Assembly: GCA_050951545.1 (NCBI GenBank)
Contig: JBMNJG010000003.1
Span: forward strand, 160,001-224,000
Reading direction: 5' to 3'
DNA: 64,000 bases
Origin: Limnochordia bacterium
GTDB lineage: Bacteria; Bacillota; Limnochordia; DTU080
Shown here in pieces: positions 38,339-47,958 of the stretch. The translations under genes were made by a program, and so were the position numbers. A model generated the notes under the pieces. It was given only the letters and a program-made list of their open reading frames with translations, did not search any database and had not been told where the DNA came from. The first letter of the stretch is position 1. Every line of letters starts with the position of its first letter.

Positions 38339-39322
38339 CTACGGGAGCGGCACCGCATCCAACTCACGACGAGCTGCGAGATGCTCACGATAGGTGCGGC
38401 TAAAAATATGCGTCCCGTCGCCGCGCGCCACAAAATAGAGGTGTTCGGTCCGTGAAGGTTCCAGAACGGCCTTTATGGCCTCAACCCCCGGACTCGCAAT
38501 CGGTCCCGGTGGAAGGCCCGGGTAGCGATAGGTGTTATACGGTGAGTCTACTTCTACGTCCTTCAGTGACAAACGTACAGGCGCGGGCTGAAGCACATAC
38601 TTTACCGTAGGATCAGCCTGCAGAGGCATTCCCTGACGTAGACGATTGAGGAACACGCCAGCGATCAGTGAGCGCTCCTCTGCTTGTTTGGCCTCTTTCT
38701 CCACAATGGATGCTAAGGTGAGTAGCTGGTGAAAGTCGAAATCAAGGGGCGCCGCCCTCTCCTCTAGCAGAGGCGCGACCATGTGATGCATGCGCCTAAC
38801 CATCAGGCGGAGGATATCGCCCACAGGTGTACCGGGCGCGATGCGATAGGTGTCAGGAAACAGATACCCTTCCAGACTGTTGGTGGGCGGTAACGGAAGT
38901 CCGCTCCCCTCCAACACAGTCGCGGCATCATGAGCCAGGGTCAAGAACTCCCCTTCATCTGCCAAACCCGCCGTAGCCAGTACCGCAGCAATCTGTCTCA
39001 CATCAAGACCCTCGGGAATGGTGACCCCAGGCGAAGCCACCCGCCCGTTCTTGATGCGCCAAACGACCCCTAACGGCGTCATTCCAGGGTGCAGCTTATA
39101 CTCCCCAGCCTGTAGCTGTCCCTCAGCACCCAGGACCTTGGTCCACAAGACGAAATGGAAGCCCGAGCGAATGATCCCCTCCTGAGCGAGGGTCTTGCCA
39201 ATGGTGCGGGCGCCAGCACCTGCCGCCACCCGCACGTACACCTCACCACGTCGACGGCTGCCTGCGGGCATGACAAAATAGCCCGCCCCCAATAGGACGA
39301 GGCAAAGGAGAACCGCTGTCAC
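38339..39322 (-). CDS. mltG: Endolytic transglycosylase MltG
   Basis: TM, LQAGEY, VTIPEG, LEGYLFPDTY, LASIVEKEA, LQADPT, SPYNTY.YPGLPPGPI. Start uncertain. Confidence 0.95.
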   Translation of the reverse strand: MTAVLLCLVLLGAGYFVMPAGSRRRGEVYVRVAAGAGARTIGKTLAQEGIIRSGFHFVLWTKVLGAEGQLQAGEYKLHPGMTPLGVVWRIKNGRVASPGVTIPEGLDVRQIAAVLATAGLADEGEFLTLAHDAATVLEGSGLPLPPTNSLEGYLFPDTYRIAPGTPVGDILRLMVRRMHHMVAPLLEERAAPLDFDFHQLLTLASIVEKEAKQAEERSLIAGVFLNRLRQGMPLQADPTVKYVLQPAPVRLSLKDVEVDSPYNTYRYPGLPPGPIASPGVEAIKAVLEPSRTEHLYFVARGDGTHIFSRTYREHLAARRELDAVPLP

Positions 39323-39332
39323 CCAAGAACAG

Positions 39333-39647
39333 TTAGTCTTCCAGTTCTCTAGGGTCGATCTCGCCCTCTTCATCCCAGCCGTCAAATTCTGCATATGCCT
39401 CGGCCACCCGCGCAAATTCTTCCTCATCGTCAAGCATCACCAACTGCTCTTCGCCGTCTTCCACCTCGACGCGGAAGACAAAGGCCTCTTCCTCTTCATC
39501 TTCATCTTCATCTACGTTGATGTCGTCATGTGGTATCAGTACGGCGTAGAGTTGCCCATCCACTTCAAGCGTACACTCCAAGGTGAATTCGTGTTCTTGC
39601 CCTTCCTCATCCACCAAGGTGATTAGGTCTTCTCCGTCTTGGAGCAT
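39333..39647 (-). CDS. DUF1292 (YrzB-like) acidic protein
   Basis: ITLVDEEG.EHEF, YAVLIP, DEEEF..V; position between ruvX and mltG. Confidence 0.9.
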   Translation of the reverse strand: MLQDGEDLITLVDEEGQEHEFTLECTLEVDGQLYAVLIPHDDINVDEDEDEEEEAFVFRVEVEDGEEQLVMLDDEEEFARVAEAYAEFDGWDEEGEIDPRELED

Positions 39648-40105
39648 GTAGCTCCCCCTCTCTGACAGTCCGTGGTTTCCATGCTGTGCTGCCTACCTAG
39701 AAAACCCTGTAGAATCACCGATGCGGCTATCTTGTCAATTTTCGTGCGACGTTGGGCGCGACTTACGCCACCCTCCAAGAGGGCCTTCTCGGCAATGGTT
39801 GTTGTGTAGCGTTCGTCCGCCAAATGCACATCCCTGGCGCTGCGGTCCGCTAAGATGGACGCGAAGCGTCGGACTTCTGCTGCCTCTGGCCCTTCATCTC
39901 CGGACGTACGCCTTGGCAAACCGACCACAAAAGCAACCACCTCCTGAGCTTCGGCTATTTCCATGATCTTGTCAATATCCGCCGCCTCCGACCTACCGCG
40001 TTGCAGCGTTTCGCTCGGCTGAGCGGTGATCTGCAAGGGATCGCTGATGGCAATACCAATCCTTCGCTCGCCAACATCCAGGGCCATCAGCCTGCCGCAA
40101 CTCAA
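39623..40105 (-). CDS. ruvX: Pre-16S rRNA nuclease / putative resolvase RuvX (YqgF)
   Basis: ALDVGERRIGIAISDPL, VGLP, DERYTT, IDKIAA..ILQ. Confidence 0.95.
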   Translation of the reverse strand: MSCGRLMALDVGERRIGIAISDPLQITAQPSETLQRGRSEAADIDKIMEIAEAQEVVAFVVGLPRRTSGDEGPEAAEVRRFASILADRSARDVHLADERYTTTIAEKALLEGGVSRAQRRTKIDKIAASVILQGFLGRQHSMETTDCQRGGATCSKTEKT

Positions 40106-41370
40106 GGGGCAATCACCTCAACCTCATTGTCGCTCGTGCCAGCTACAACCACACGAATCCAGGGTGTCCAAGTCGGAAGGTGTTTACGCAGACGGCCTTG
40201 CACATCCATGTCGCCCACCTCACCAGTCTCTAGCAACAGCCGCCGAGCCTGCTCAGGCGTACGGCCAGCTACCAAACGAGAGATCGCTACAGGATCCACC
40301 GTGCCTCCCACGGATATCCGCGACGAAACCCGCAACTCCTGAACGCCACCCTTTTCTGGTTCGCCTTCTATGGAAACAACGGGTGAGCCCAGCACCACAT
40401 ACCCCTTGGGCACGAACGCGTCGGCCTCTTTTCGCACATAGCGGCGCACATCCTCCACGAGGACATACCTACCCCGAGCCCTACCGCGTAGCGTAGCATG
40501 CACAGCATCTGTCGCTGCGCCTACAGCTGGTCGCGCCGCAAACTCAGTCTCTTGTACCTCTACCAAGGAATGAATCAGATAGGCTCCCTCTCCAGCATCC
40601 GAACTCAGAAGCGGCTGCGCCTTAAGCCGCAACTCAGAGCCAAGTCGCTGACGTAGCCCAGCAAGGTCATCGTGAGTTGCATAGGCGATTGTCCGTTCCG
40701 CACCCCCGCGCATGGCTTCCGGATTGACAACTCTCAACCCCGCAGGCCCTTGGGGAAGGGATGTGATGCGCCCTGCTGCTACGTTTCCGGAGTTGCCCAA
40801 CTCCTGGGCCCGGACACGGGCCTCCGTCTGGCCAGCCTTAATGCCAACTGGAACTTCCATGAAATACTCAGCTCGGCGGGCTGGGACACGCACAGCATTA
40901 GCAACTGTGAAACGCTGGCCACCATCGGTGGCGACTATGGTTCCCGCAGCTACAGCTATCTCGCGCTCTGTCTCGTTGAAGAGTATGACGGTACCCGTGG
41001 CCGCCGCCACGCCTTGCTGACGCCTCCCTGTAGCGGGAGCAGATGCTGAAGCCTCTACGCTTATCTCCAGAGAACGGAGTGCAACACCTCCGTAGCCATT
41101 AGTCTCACTCGACAGGGGAATCGTAAGCGGCCGCTCTAGAGTCCGTGATACTGGCGCCACCACCACCGTGACCCGCGGCAAAAAAAGAGAAATCAGAATG
41201 ACCAGCGCCAGTAGAGCTATTGCCGCGGCCGCCAGGCGCTGCGGCATTGCAAGGCTTGACAGATGGCGCGCAGTTCGCTTAGCCACAGGCTGCATAGGAG
41301 CGGTGACCTGTGAAGCCACTTCTTTTTCATCGTGGCCAGCGTGATAGGTGTCGGTCCCGTCTGTTGCCAC
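40102..41370 (-). CDS. Membrane-anchored baseplate J/gp47-like domain protein (orphan)
   Basis: Single N-proximal TM, then ATGTVILFN...VAAGTIV...F...V.A...GNSGNVAAGRI...VVNPEAMRGGAE, the Baseplate_J barrel pattern as I recall it. Confidence 0.7.
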   Translation of the reverse strand: MATDGTDTYHAGHDEKEVASQVTAPMQPVAKRTARHLSSLAMPQRLAAAAIALLALVILISLFLPRVTVVVAPVSRTLERPLTIPLSSETNGYGGVALRSLEISVEASASAPATGRRQQGVAAATGTVILFNETEREIAVAAGTIVATDGGQRFTVANAVRVPARRAEYFMEVPVGIKAGQTEARVRAQELGNSGNVAAGRITSLPQGPAGLRVVNPEAMRGGAERTIAYATHDDLAGLRQRLGSELRLKAQPLLSSDAGEGAYLIHSLVEVQETEFAARPAVGAATDAVHATLRGRARGRYVLVEDVRRYVRKEADAFVPKGYVVLGSPVVSIEGEPEKGGVQELRVSSRISVGGTVDPVAISRLVAGRTPEQARRLLLETGEVGDMDVQGRLRKHLPTWTPWIRVVVAGTSDNEVEVIAP

Positions 41371-41424
41371 AGATGAACCCCCTTGCCTCAGATCCGGTCA
41401 CTTCCGTGAGGCCAGCTAAGGGTA

Positions 41425-41685
41425 CTACGGTGCCACCGTTTTCAGGTAAAGCTTTACTAGCTCCTCTATGATCTCATCGCGCTCGACGCTTCGCATAAGC
41501 CCTCGAGCATTGCGATGCGAGGTAATATACGTTGGATCGCCCGAGATCAGGTATCCGACGATTTGGTTGACGGGATCGTATCCCTTCTCCTGTAGGGCCT
41601 GGTAGACCTCTTGCAAGACCCGGCCCACATTTGTCTGGTCCTTTCCCACACGAAACAACATGGTTTCATCGGGTAACTCCGCCAT
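41425..41685 (-). CDS. ireB: IreB/ReoM (UPF0297, YrzL) regulatory phosphoprotein
   Basis: [46 protein letters not shown]. Confidence 0.95.
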   Translation of the reverse strand: MAELPDETMLFRVGKDQTNVGRVLQEVYQALQEKGYDPVNQIVGYLISGDPTYITSHRNARGLMRSVERDEIIEELVKLYLKTVAP

Positions 41686-41768
41686 GGACTATAACCTCCC
41701 GGAATCTGCCAGTTGGCCCTGCAGTACAGGCCTTCATTCTGGGCCCCCGAGGCGTTTCCCTCCCGCAG

Positions 41769-44420
41769 CTAGTCCCTAACCCCGGTCTGTCCCTGCAATG
41801 TCTCACTAACCATAGCCTTCACCTTAGCCAGCGCTTCACCTAGTCCTGCGGGGTTCTTGCCCCCAGCTCTGGCCATGGCCGGGCTGCCGCCACCTCCGCC
41901 TTTCACCAAGGGAGCCACTTGCTTGATTAGTGCATTAGCCGCCACGCCTTTGGCAACGGCCTCTGGTGTCGCCATGAGCACGAGGTAAGCCCTTTCTCCG
42001 TCACCCGATCCGAGGGCCAGGATTGAAGATCCCAGGCGTTGCTTCAGTGTGTCGCCCAACGCACATAGACCGTCAGTGTCCATGTTGTCTACTTCGGCTG
42101 CCACCACCGCCAACCCATCGATCTGCTCAGCAGAGGCTAGCAGGTCATCCAGCCGACTGACTGCCAACTGGGACTTGACGGACTCCAGCTCCTTTTCGAG
42201 CTGCTTGAGCTGATCCATCACTCTTTCGACTTGGTCCTCCACCTCGGGTACTCCGACCTGTAGAAGAGTGGCAATAGCCGCCAGTGTTTTCGACTCCTCC
42301 GCGATAAGCTTTAGAGCACCTTCACCAGTAACCGCCTCGATGCGGCGCACGCCAGCAGCTACACTACTTTCGCCTACGATGCGGAAAAGCCCTATCTCAC
42401 CTGTACTACGGACGTGAGTGCCCCCGCATAGCTCCTGGCTGTACTCACCGATCTGTACCACACGCACCTGGTTGTCATACTTCTCGCCGAAGAGAGCCAT
42501 GGCCCCCGAGGCGACCGCATCTTCATACGACATCGCCTTCGTGGTGACAGGGAGATTCTGTAGAATAAGGCTGTTTACCCGTCTCTCAAGTTCAGCGATC
42601 GCCTCGGCGTCCAGAGCGGCAAAATGCGTAAAGTCAAAACGTAAGCGATCAGGTGCTACCAAAGAACCGGCCTGGTTGGCGTGTTCACCCAAGACTCCGT
42701 GCAGAGCCCAGTGAAGCAGATGCGTGGCTGTGTGATTTCGTTGCGTAGGCAGGCGCCTATCTCGATGAACCTGCGCCTGGACCTGCTCACCCACGCGCAT
42801 CTCACCCTCAAAACGACCGTGGTGAACGATGGTTCCGCTACCGAGGCGTAGAACCTGCTGCACTGCGAAACTCCCCTGAGCGCCTTTGATCACGCCTGCA
42901 TCCGCCACTTGACCGCCACTCTCGGCGTAGAACGGTGTTTTCGCCAAGACAACCCCTGCCGTGCCGCTTCCGCTCACATGTCCAACCTGCTCACCATCAG
43001 TAACCACAGCCACAATCTCTGTGGTAAGATCACAGGTCTCATATCCTGCGAACAAAGTGGCAGGTAGCTCGAGATCACCATAGCCCTCGCTCTCATCCCC
43101 GAGGTAGCCTGTCTCGGTGCGGGCCGCCCGTGCTCTGGCGCGCTGTTGCTTCATCATCGCCTCAAAACCGGCTTTGTCGATCCCTATGCCTCGATCAGCT
43201 GCAATCTCTTCAGTCAGTTCAAGAGGAAAACCATACGTGTCGTGCAGGCGGAAGACATCCTCTCCCGAGATCACACCGCTCTCGGGATCTACTTCTTGCA
43301 TCAACCGCGTGAGAATGCTCATGCCTTGCTCGAGTGTCGCATGAAAGCGCTGCTCCTCTTGGGCTACCACTCGCTTAATATGGTCGACTCGGTCAAGGAG
43401 ATCGGGATATCCCACCTGCATCTGCTTCACCACGACATCCACGACACCCGTCAGAAACGCCCGCTTGATGCCGAGAAGATGACCATGGCGCACAGCCCGC
43501 CGCAGAAGTCGACGTAAGACATAGCCTCGCCGCTCGTTGCTCGGCAGAACACCGTCATAAATCATGAAAACGACACCGCGCATGTGATCACTGATCACAC
43601 GCAGGCTTTCGTCAGACTGAGCGTCTGCGCCGTAGACCACCCCAACTTGCTGGGCCACGTGGTCGATGATCGGACGCAACAAGTCCGTGTCAAAAATGCT
43701 CTGCACTCCCTGCAATATGGCGGCAACGCGCTCCAGGCCCATACCCGTATCAATGCCTTTGCGGACCAGAGGGTGCAGGTCGCCGTTCTCATCCTGGTGG
43801 AACTGTATGAACACCAAGTTCCAAAGCTCCATGAAACGCTCGCAATCGCACCCCGGCTGACAGTCCGGATTGCCACAGCCATAGGCCGCCCCGCGATCCA
43901 CATGGATTTCAGAACATGGCCCGCAAGGTCCGACGCCAATACCCCAGAAGTTATCCTCCTTGCCCAGTCGAACTATGCGTTCCGCAGGAACACCGATCTG
44001 AGTATTCCAGATCTCGAACGCCTCATCGTCGTCCAGGTATATGGTAATCCACAGAGAGGCGGGATCAAAACCCAGCACCTCAGTTACAAACTCCCACGCC
44101 CACGCAATGACCTCGCTCTTGAAGTAGTCGCCAAATGAGAAGTTGCCGAGCATCTCGAAGAACGTACCGTGGCGGTCGGTTTTTCCAACGTTCTCAATAT
44201 CTGCTGTGCGCAGACAGCGCTGACATGTCGTAATCCGATTTCTCGGCGGAATCTCCTTGCCCACAAAATAGGGCTTAAAGGGTATCATTCCGGCCACTGT
44301 CAAGAGCAGAGTAGGATCTGCTGTTGGCACCAGAGAAGCGCTGGGCAACCGCAAATGGCCCTTCGCCTCAAAGAACTCCAAATACGCGGTGCGTAGTTGG
44401 TCCACCGTCATCGCTTGCAC
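41769..44420 (-). CDS. alaS: Alanine--tRNA ligase
   Basis: HGTFFEMLGNFSFGDYFK, GPCGPCSEI, IDTGMGLER, NHTATHLLH, ELCGGTHV. Start moved to GTG 44420. Confidence 0.98.
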   Translation of the reverse strand: MQAMTVDQLRTAYLEFFEAKGHLRLPSASLVPTADPTLLLTVAGMIPFKPYFVGKEIPPRNRITTCQRCLRTADIENVGKTDRHGTFFEMLGNFSFGDYFKSEVIAWAWEFVTEVLGFDPASLWITIYLDDDEAFEIWNTQIGVPAERIVRLGKEDNFWGIGVGPCGPCSEIHVDRGAAYGCGNPDCQPGCDCERFMELWNLVFIQFHQDENGDLHPLVRKGIDTGMGLERVAAILQGVQSIFDTDLLRPIIDHVAQQVGVVYGADAQSDESLRVISDHMRGVVFMIYDGVLPSNERRGYVLRRLLRRAVRHGHLLGIKRAFLTGVVDVVVKQMQVGYPDLLDRVDHIKRVVAQEEQRFHATLEQGMSILTRLMQEVDPESGVISGEDVFRLHDTYGFPLELTEEIAADRGIGIDKAGFEAMMKQQRARARAARTETGYLGDESEGYGDLELPATLFAGYETCDLTTEIVAVVTDGEQVGHVSGSGTAGVVLAKTPFYAESGGQVADAGVIKGAQGSFAVQQVLRLGSGTIVHHGRFEGEMRVGEQVQAQVHRDRRLPTQRNHTATHLLHWALHGVLGEHANQAGSLVAPDRLRFDFTHFAALDAEAIAELERRVNSLILQNLPVTTKAMSYEDAVASGAMALFGEKYDNQVRVVQIGEYSQELCGGTHVRSTGEIGLFRIVGESSVAAGVRRIEAVTGEGALKLIAEESKTLAAIATLLQVGVPEVEDQVERVMDQLKQLEKELESVKSQLAVSRLDDLLASAEQIDGLAVVAAEVDNMDTDGLCALGDTLKQRLGSSILALGSGDGERAYLVLMATPEAVAKGVAANALIKQVAPLVKGGGGGSPAMARAGGKNPAGLGEALAKVKAMVSETLQGQTGVRD

Positions 44421-44479
44421 ATCTACGCCCCCCCTATGATGTGAACCCAGCGTTGTGCCTAATAAATGGTACAATCAGT

Positions 44480-44508
44480 ATGATACAAGAGCTCGCCACG
44501 ACCGTCAA
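44480..44508 (-). promoter_or_regulatory. SigA promoter of the alaS operon
   Basis: TTGACG-17 bp-TATCAT about 60 nt upstream of the start codon. Confidence 0.75.
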
Positions 44509-44530
44509 TGAGCCCAGACGCATCACGCCC

Positions 44531-45550
44531 CTACGAGCCGGTCACCTCTTCTGCAAGGTATCCAATAATGAGCTTCAGGGAAGCTGCAGCAGGAACGGCC
44601 AGAAACATGCCCCATATGCCAAGCAACTCGCCTCCCACCAGAATCGAAAAGATCACTGTCAACGGATGCAGGTCCATGCTGCCGCTCATCACCTGTGGCT
44701 GAAGGACAGCCCCCTCCACCTGATGCACCACAACGACGAGCACTACCGCCCAAAGAGCCGTAGCCGGAGACTGCACAAATGCAAACAAAACAGCTGGCAC
44801 CGCTGCGATGACCGGCCCGAAATAGGGGATGAACTCGAACACAGCGGCCACGGTACCGATAACCAATGCGTATTTCACCTTCAGGCTTGCGAGCCCCACA
44901 CTGATCAACAGGCCTACTATAGCAGCGACAATCAACTGGCCGCGCAGGAATGCTCCCATAAGCTCGTTTAGTCTCTGAGCCAAGACCAGTACCTCCTGAC
45001 GGCGCGCTGGAGGCAGAAGCGACAAGAACCACCTCTGAATCTTCTCAGTATCACGCAGAAAGTAGAAGGCGAGAAAGGGAACCAGCAAGATGGTGAAAGT
45101 ACGCGCCAGCAAAGCTAGAATGACCTCAAGACTGCGCGCTACCAACTGCGCAAGCAGCACTTCCACCCGCTGCGCCCCAGCACTCAGAATAGTTCGCAGC
45201 AAGTGGGACGCTCTAAGGTGCAAGACACTCGCGGCAGTGCCTCGGGTGTAGTCGCTAAGGTCGCGAGCCTGTGGCAAGTTGGCCAGCATCTCCTCGACCT
45301 CTGCGGCCAACAGAGGAACACCTACATATAGCGTCAGCCCACCAACAACCGCGAATATCACGTAAACCAGTACTATAGCCCCGCTGCGAGGGATCTGTCG
45401 AGATTCAAACGCTTGTACCAACGGGTTAGAGACGTAGGCCACGACAGCCGCAAGGGCGAACGGCACGAGTACCCCGCGTACTAGGTACAACAAGACAATA
45501 ACGCCACTTGCGGCTATCAGGAGGATCAGAAGGCGCGATCGGTCGAGCAT
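44531..45550 (-). CDS. AI-2E family transporter (YrrI-like)
   Basis: PF.LA...AY..NPLV, FYFLRD, FLRGQL, FIPYFGP, LHPLTVI.SILVGG.L.G; upstream of alaS. Confidence 0.92.
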   Translation of the reverse strand: MLDRSRLLILLIAASGVIVLLYLVRGVLVPFALAAVVAYVSNPLVQAFESRQIPRSGAIVLVYVIFAVVGGLTLYVGVPLLAAEVEEMLANLPQARDLSDYTRGTAASVLHLRASHLLRTILSAGAQRVEVLLAQLVARSLEVILALLARTFTILLVPFLAFYFLRDTEKIQRWFLSLLPPARRQEVLVLAQRLNELMGAFLRGQLIVAAIVGLLISVGLASLKVKYALVIGTVAAVFEFIPYFGPVIAAVPAVLFAFVQSPATALWAVVLVVVVHQVEGAVLQPQVMSGSMDLHPLTVIFSILVGGELLGIWGMFLAVPAAASLKLIIGYLAEEVTGS

Positions 45551-45563
45551 GCCCAAGACGCCA

Positions 45564-45809
45564 TCAACGACGTCCCACAGCGCGCACGGTACGCATGGTC
45601 GTATCCATCATTGTCCGTCCAGCCCTCGCTGCCATGGCCAGCGCCCTCGGCCTAGGGCTTCCAGTAGTGACTCGGCGCCAGAGACCTCGCCTGCTCTGCA
45701 TTACTGTCCGCTGTTGCTCATTTCGCTCGCGCATGAGATGCAACGACCAAGCTCCTGCCACTAGCCCAAAAATACCCCAAAGAAGCCTGCTTCGAAGCAC
45801 ACGCATCAC
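45564..45809 (-). CDS. Small basic membrane-associated hypothetical protein
   Basis: RBS GAGGGGGTG, one hydrophobic segment (LLWGIFGLVAGAW), Arg-rich tail; fills the intergenic gap. Confidence 0.6.
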   Translation of the reverse strand: MMRVLRSRLLWGIFGLVAGAWSLHLMRERNEQQRTVMQSRRGLWRRVTTGSPRPRALAMAARAGRTMMDTTMRTVRAVGRR

Positions 45810-45870
45810 TGGCACTCACCCCCTCTTAGGGTAGAGTTGCCATACGCACCCTCATTCATGTGGTCAATAT

Positions 45871-46833
45871 CTACCTACGAATCTCCGACACAGCTTCCGC
45901 CAGCATCGTCTCAATATCAGACGATGTGGCCCAGCAGAAATCGCCAGGTTCTGAGTACTTCCAGGCGGCCATGGCCCCACCATAGGCCACAGCCTTGTCG
46001 ATATCAGCATCCGCGTAGCCATAGAGGAAACCAGCAACGTAAGCGTCGCCAGCCCCCACTCGATCTACAGGATCCACCTCATGACTTTTGCCTTGCCACA
46101 AACCATCGGCGCTGCACACAAGAGCGCCTCTACTTCCCAGAGTAAGCACCACCATCTTGGCACCCCAGTCGTGACGCAGGCGCTCGGCTACCTCAGAAGG
46201 AGGCCCTTGTACGCCGAATACTGTAGTGGCATCTTCAGCAGTGCAAAACACCAAATCCACACCGAGCAAGGGCTGCAAGACCTCCCGTGCACTCTGCGGA
46301 GACCACAGCCGTGAACGGTAGTTGATATCGACGGATGTCGTAGCCCCCCGTCGTTGCGCCTCAGCCAGAGCTTGCCGCACTACCTCAGCGCATGACGCCG
46401 ACAAGGCAGCAGTGATGCCCGACACGTGGAAATGACGTGTCTGTGACAGTATCGTCCAATCAAGGTCCTGCGCTCGGAGCTTACTGGCCGCGCTGCCCTG
46501 GCGGTCGTAGATCACCCGTGAACCGCGCGGTGCGCCCGCTACTTCCAGGTAGTACACACCCACTCGACCCTCATTGGCCCAGATAACACCGCTCACATCA
46601 ACGCCTTGGCCACCCAAGGCGGCGCTCACCCGACGCCCGAGTGGGTTATCAGGCAGACGCCCCACCCATGCCGAGCGCAGCCCCAAGCGAGCCAGCCCTA
46701 CAGCCACATTGGCTTCACTTCCGCCCACGTACACATCGAACTGCGCCGCCTGCTCCAGCCGCTGTGCCGCTGGCGGGGTTAAGCGGATCATCGTCTCGCC
46801 TAAGGTAAGCACATCCCAGCACCGATCTGTCAT
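45871..46833 (-). CDS. PfkB family sugar kinase (2-keto-3-deoxygluconate kinase-like)
   Basis: GGSEANVA.GLARLG, HVSGIT, DINYR..LW, VDRVGAGDAY. Confidence 0.9.
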   Translation of the reverse strand: MTDRCWDVLTLGETMIRLTPPAAQRLEQAAQFDVYVGGSEANVAVGLARLGLRSAWVGRLPDNPLGRRVSAALGGQGVDVSGVIWANEGRVGVYYLEVAGAPRGSRVIYDRQGSAASKLRAQDLDWTILSQTRHFHVSGITAALSASCAEVVRQALAEAQRRGATTSVDINYRSRLWSPQSAREVLQPLLGVDLVFCTAEDATTVFGVQGPPSEVAERLRHDWGAKMVVLTLGSRGALVCSADGLWQGKSHEVDPVDRVGAGDAYVAGFLYGYADADIDKAVAYGGAMAAWKYSEPGDFCWATSSDIETMLAEAVSEIRR

Positions 46834-46844
46834 GCTGCACCACC

Positions 46845-47942
46845 TCATTCCGCCTCGTCAGAAGCGCTCTCGTTGTCTGCTACTTTGTTGTGTTCCGGTT
46901 CCGAGTTCTCAATGGTCCCGCCTCCGATGACCAAATCGCCTTGATACCAGACCACAGACTGTCCCGGTGTGATGGCCCTCTGTGGCTGCCCAAACACCGT
47001 AAGCACCCGACCATCTGACAACTCTTCAATCACAGCACCCTCAGGCTCCGCCCGATAGCGGACTCGGGCGGTGACTGGCTGGCGGCCTGTGATCTCAGCC
47101 ACAGACACCCAGTTGACCGTGTTCGCGACCAAGCAGTTCGAGTACAGCTCCTGGGAACTCCCGACCACTACTGCATTCCGCTCTCGGTCCAGCTCTAACA
47201 CGTACAGTGGTTCCCGAGCACTAACTCCCAGCCCCTTGCGTTGACCTAGTGTGTAGAAGGCTAGGCCGTCGTGCCTGCCCAACACGTGGCCGCTTCTGTC
47301 CACAATCGGGCCGTGACGCACGCTCTCAGGCCACGACTCGCGCAGAAAGGATCGGTAGTCACGGCCCTCCATGAAGCAGATATCCTGACTCTCTTTGCGC
47401 TCAGCCGCTGGCAGCTTCATATCAGCGGCCATGGCGCGTACTTTCGCCTTGGCATACTCACCCAAGGGCAGCAGCAGCCGAGCCAGCTGTTTCTGGGTGA
47501 GCCCGTAGAGATAGTAACTCTGATCCTTCACTCGATCCCGGCCCTTCGCCAAACACCAACGCCTACTCTGAGGGTCTAGGAAAGTCCGTGCGTAGTGGCC
47601 TGTAGCGACGTAGTCGCACTCAAGATAGGCTGCTCGCTCCACGAGAAGGCCGAGCTTGATCCTCCTATTACAGACGACGCAGGGGTTGGGCGTGCGCCCA
47701 ACCATGTAGGCTGCGGCGAAAACCTCGACAACCTCTCTTCGAAATTCCTCTCGCAGATCAAAGACGTGGAGAGGAATACCAAGAGCGTCTGCCACCGCAC
47801 GGGCATCATCGGTAACTGAGTCCGACGAACCGACACGCATAGTGACACCCAGGCACTCATAGCCTTGAGCAACTAGCAAAGCGGCTGCTACGGAGCTATC
47901 CACGCCTCCGCTCATGGCCACCAGTACCCTTCCTTTGGACAC
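46845..47942 (-). CDS. mnmA: tRNA 2-thiouridine(34) synthase MnmA
   Basis: AMSGGVDSSV, TPNPCVVCN, ATGHYA, KDQSY, SQDICF, YTLGQRKGLG, TPGQ. Start moved to GTG 47942 after GAGGAGG. Confidence 0.96.
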   Translation of the reverse strand: MSKGRVLVAMSGGVDSSVAAALLVAQGYECLGVTMRVGSSDSVTDDARAVADALGIPLHVFDLREEFRREVVEVFAAAYMVGRTPNPCVVCNRRIKLGLLVERAAYLECDYVATGHYARTFLDPQSRRWCLAKGRDRVKDQSYYLYGLTQKQLARLLLPLGEYAKAKVRAMAADMKLPAAERKESQDICFMEGRDYRSFLRESWPESVRHGPIVDRSGHVLGRHDGLAFYTLGQRKGLGVSAREPLYVLELDRERNAVVVGSSQELYSNCLVANTVNWVSVAEITGRQPVTARVRYRAEPEGAVIEELSDGRVLTVFGQPQRAITPGQSVVWYQGDLVIGGGTIENSEPEHNKVADNESASDEAE

Positions 47943-47958
47943 CGAGATGACAACCTCC

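Noticed and set aside
40102-41370. Prophage or contractile injection system locus around the baseplate J-like gene
   Set aside because: The flanking genes are core housekeeping genes; I saw no integrase, att-like repeats or other structural genes.
41745-41775. SigH-like promoter upstream of ireB (GAGGGAAA...CAGAAT)
   Set aside because: Imperfect match and spacing; cannot be distinguished from chance.
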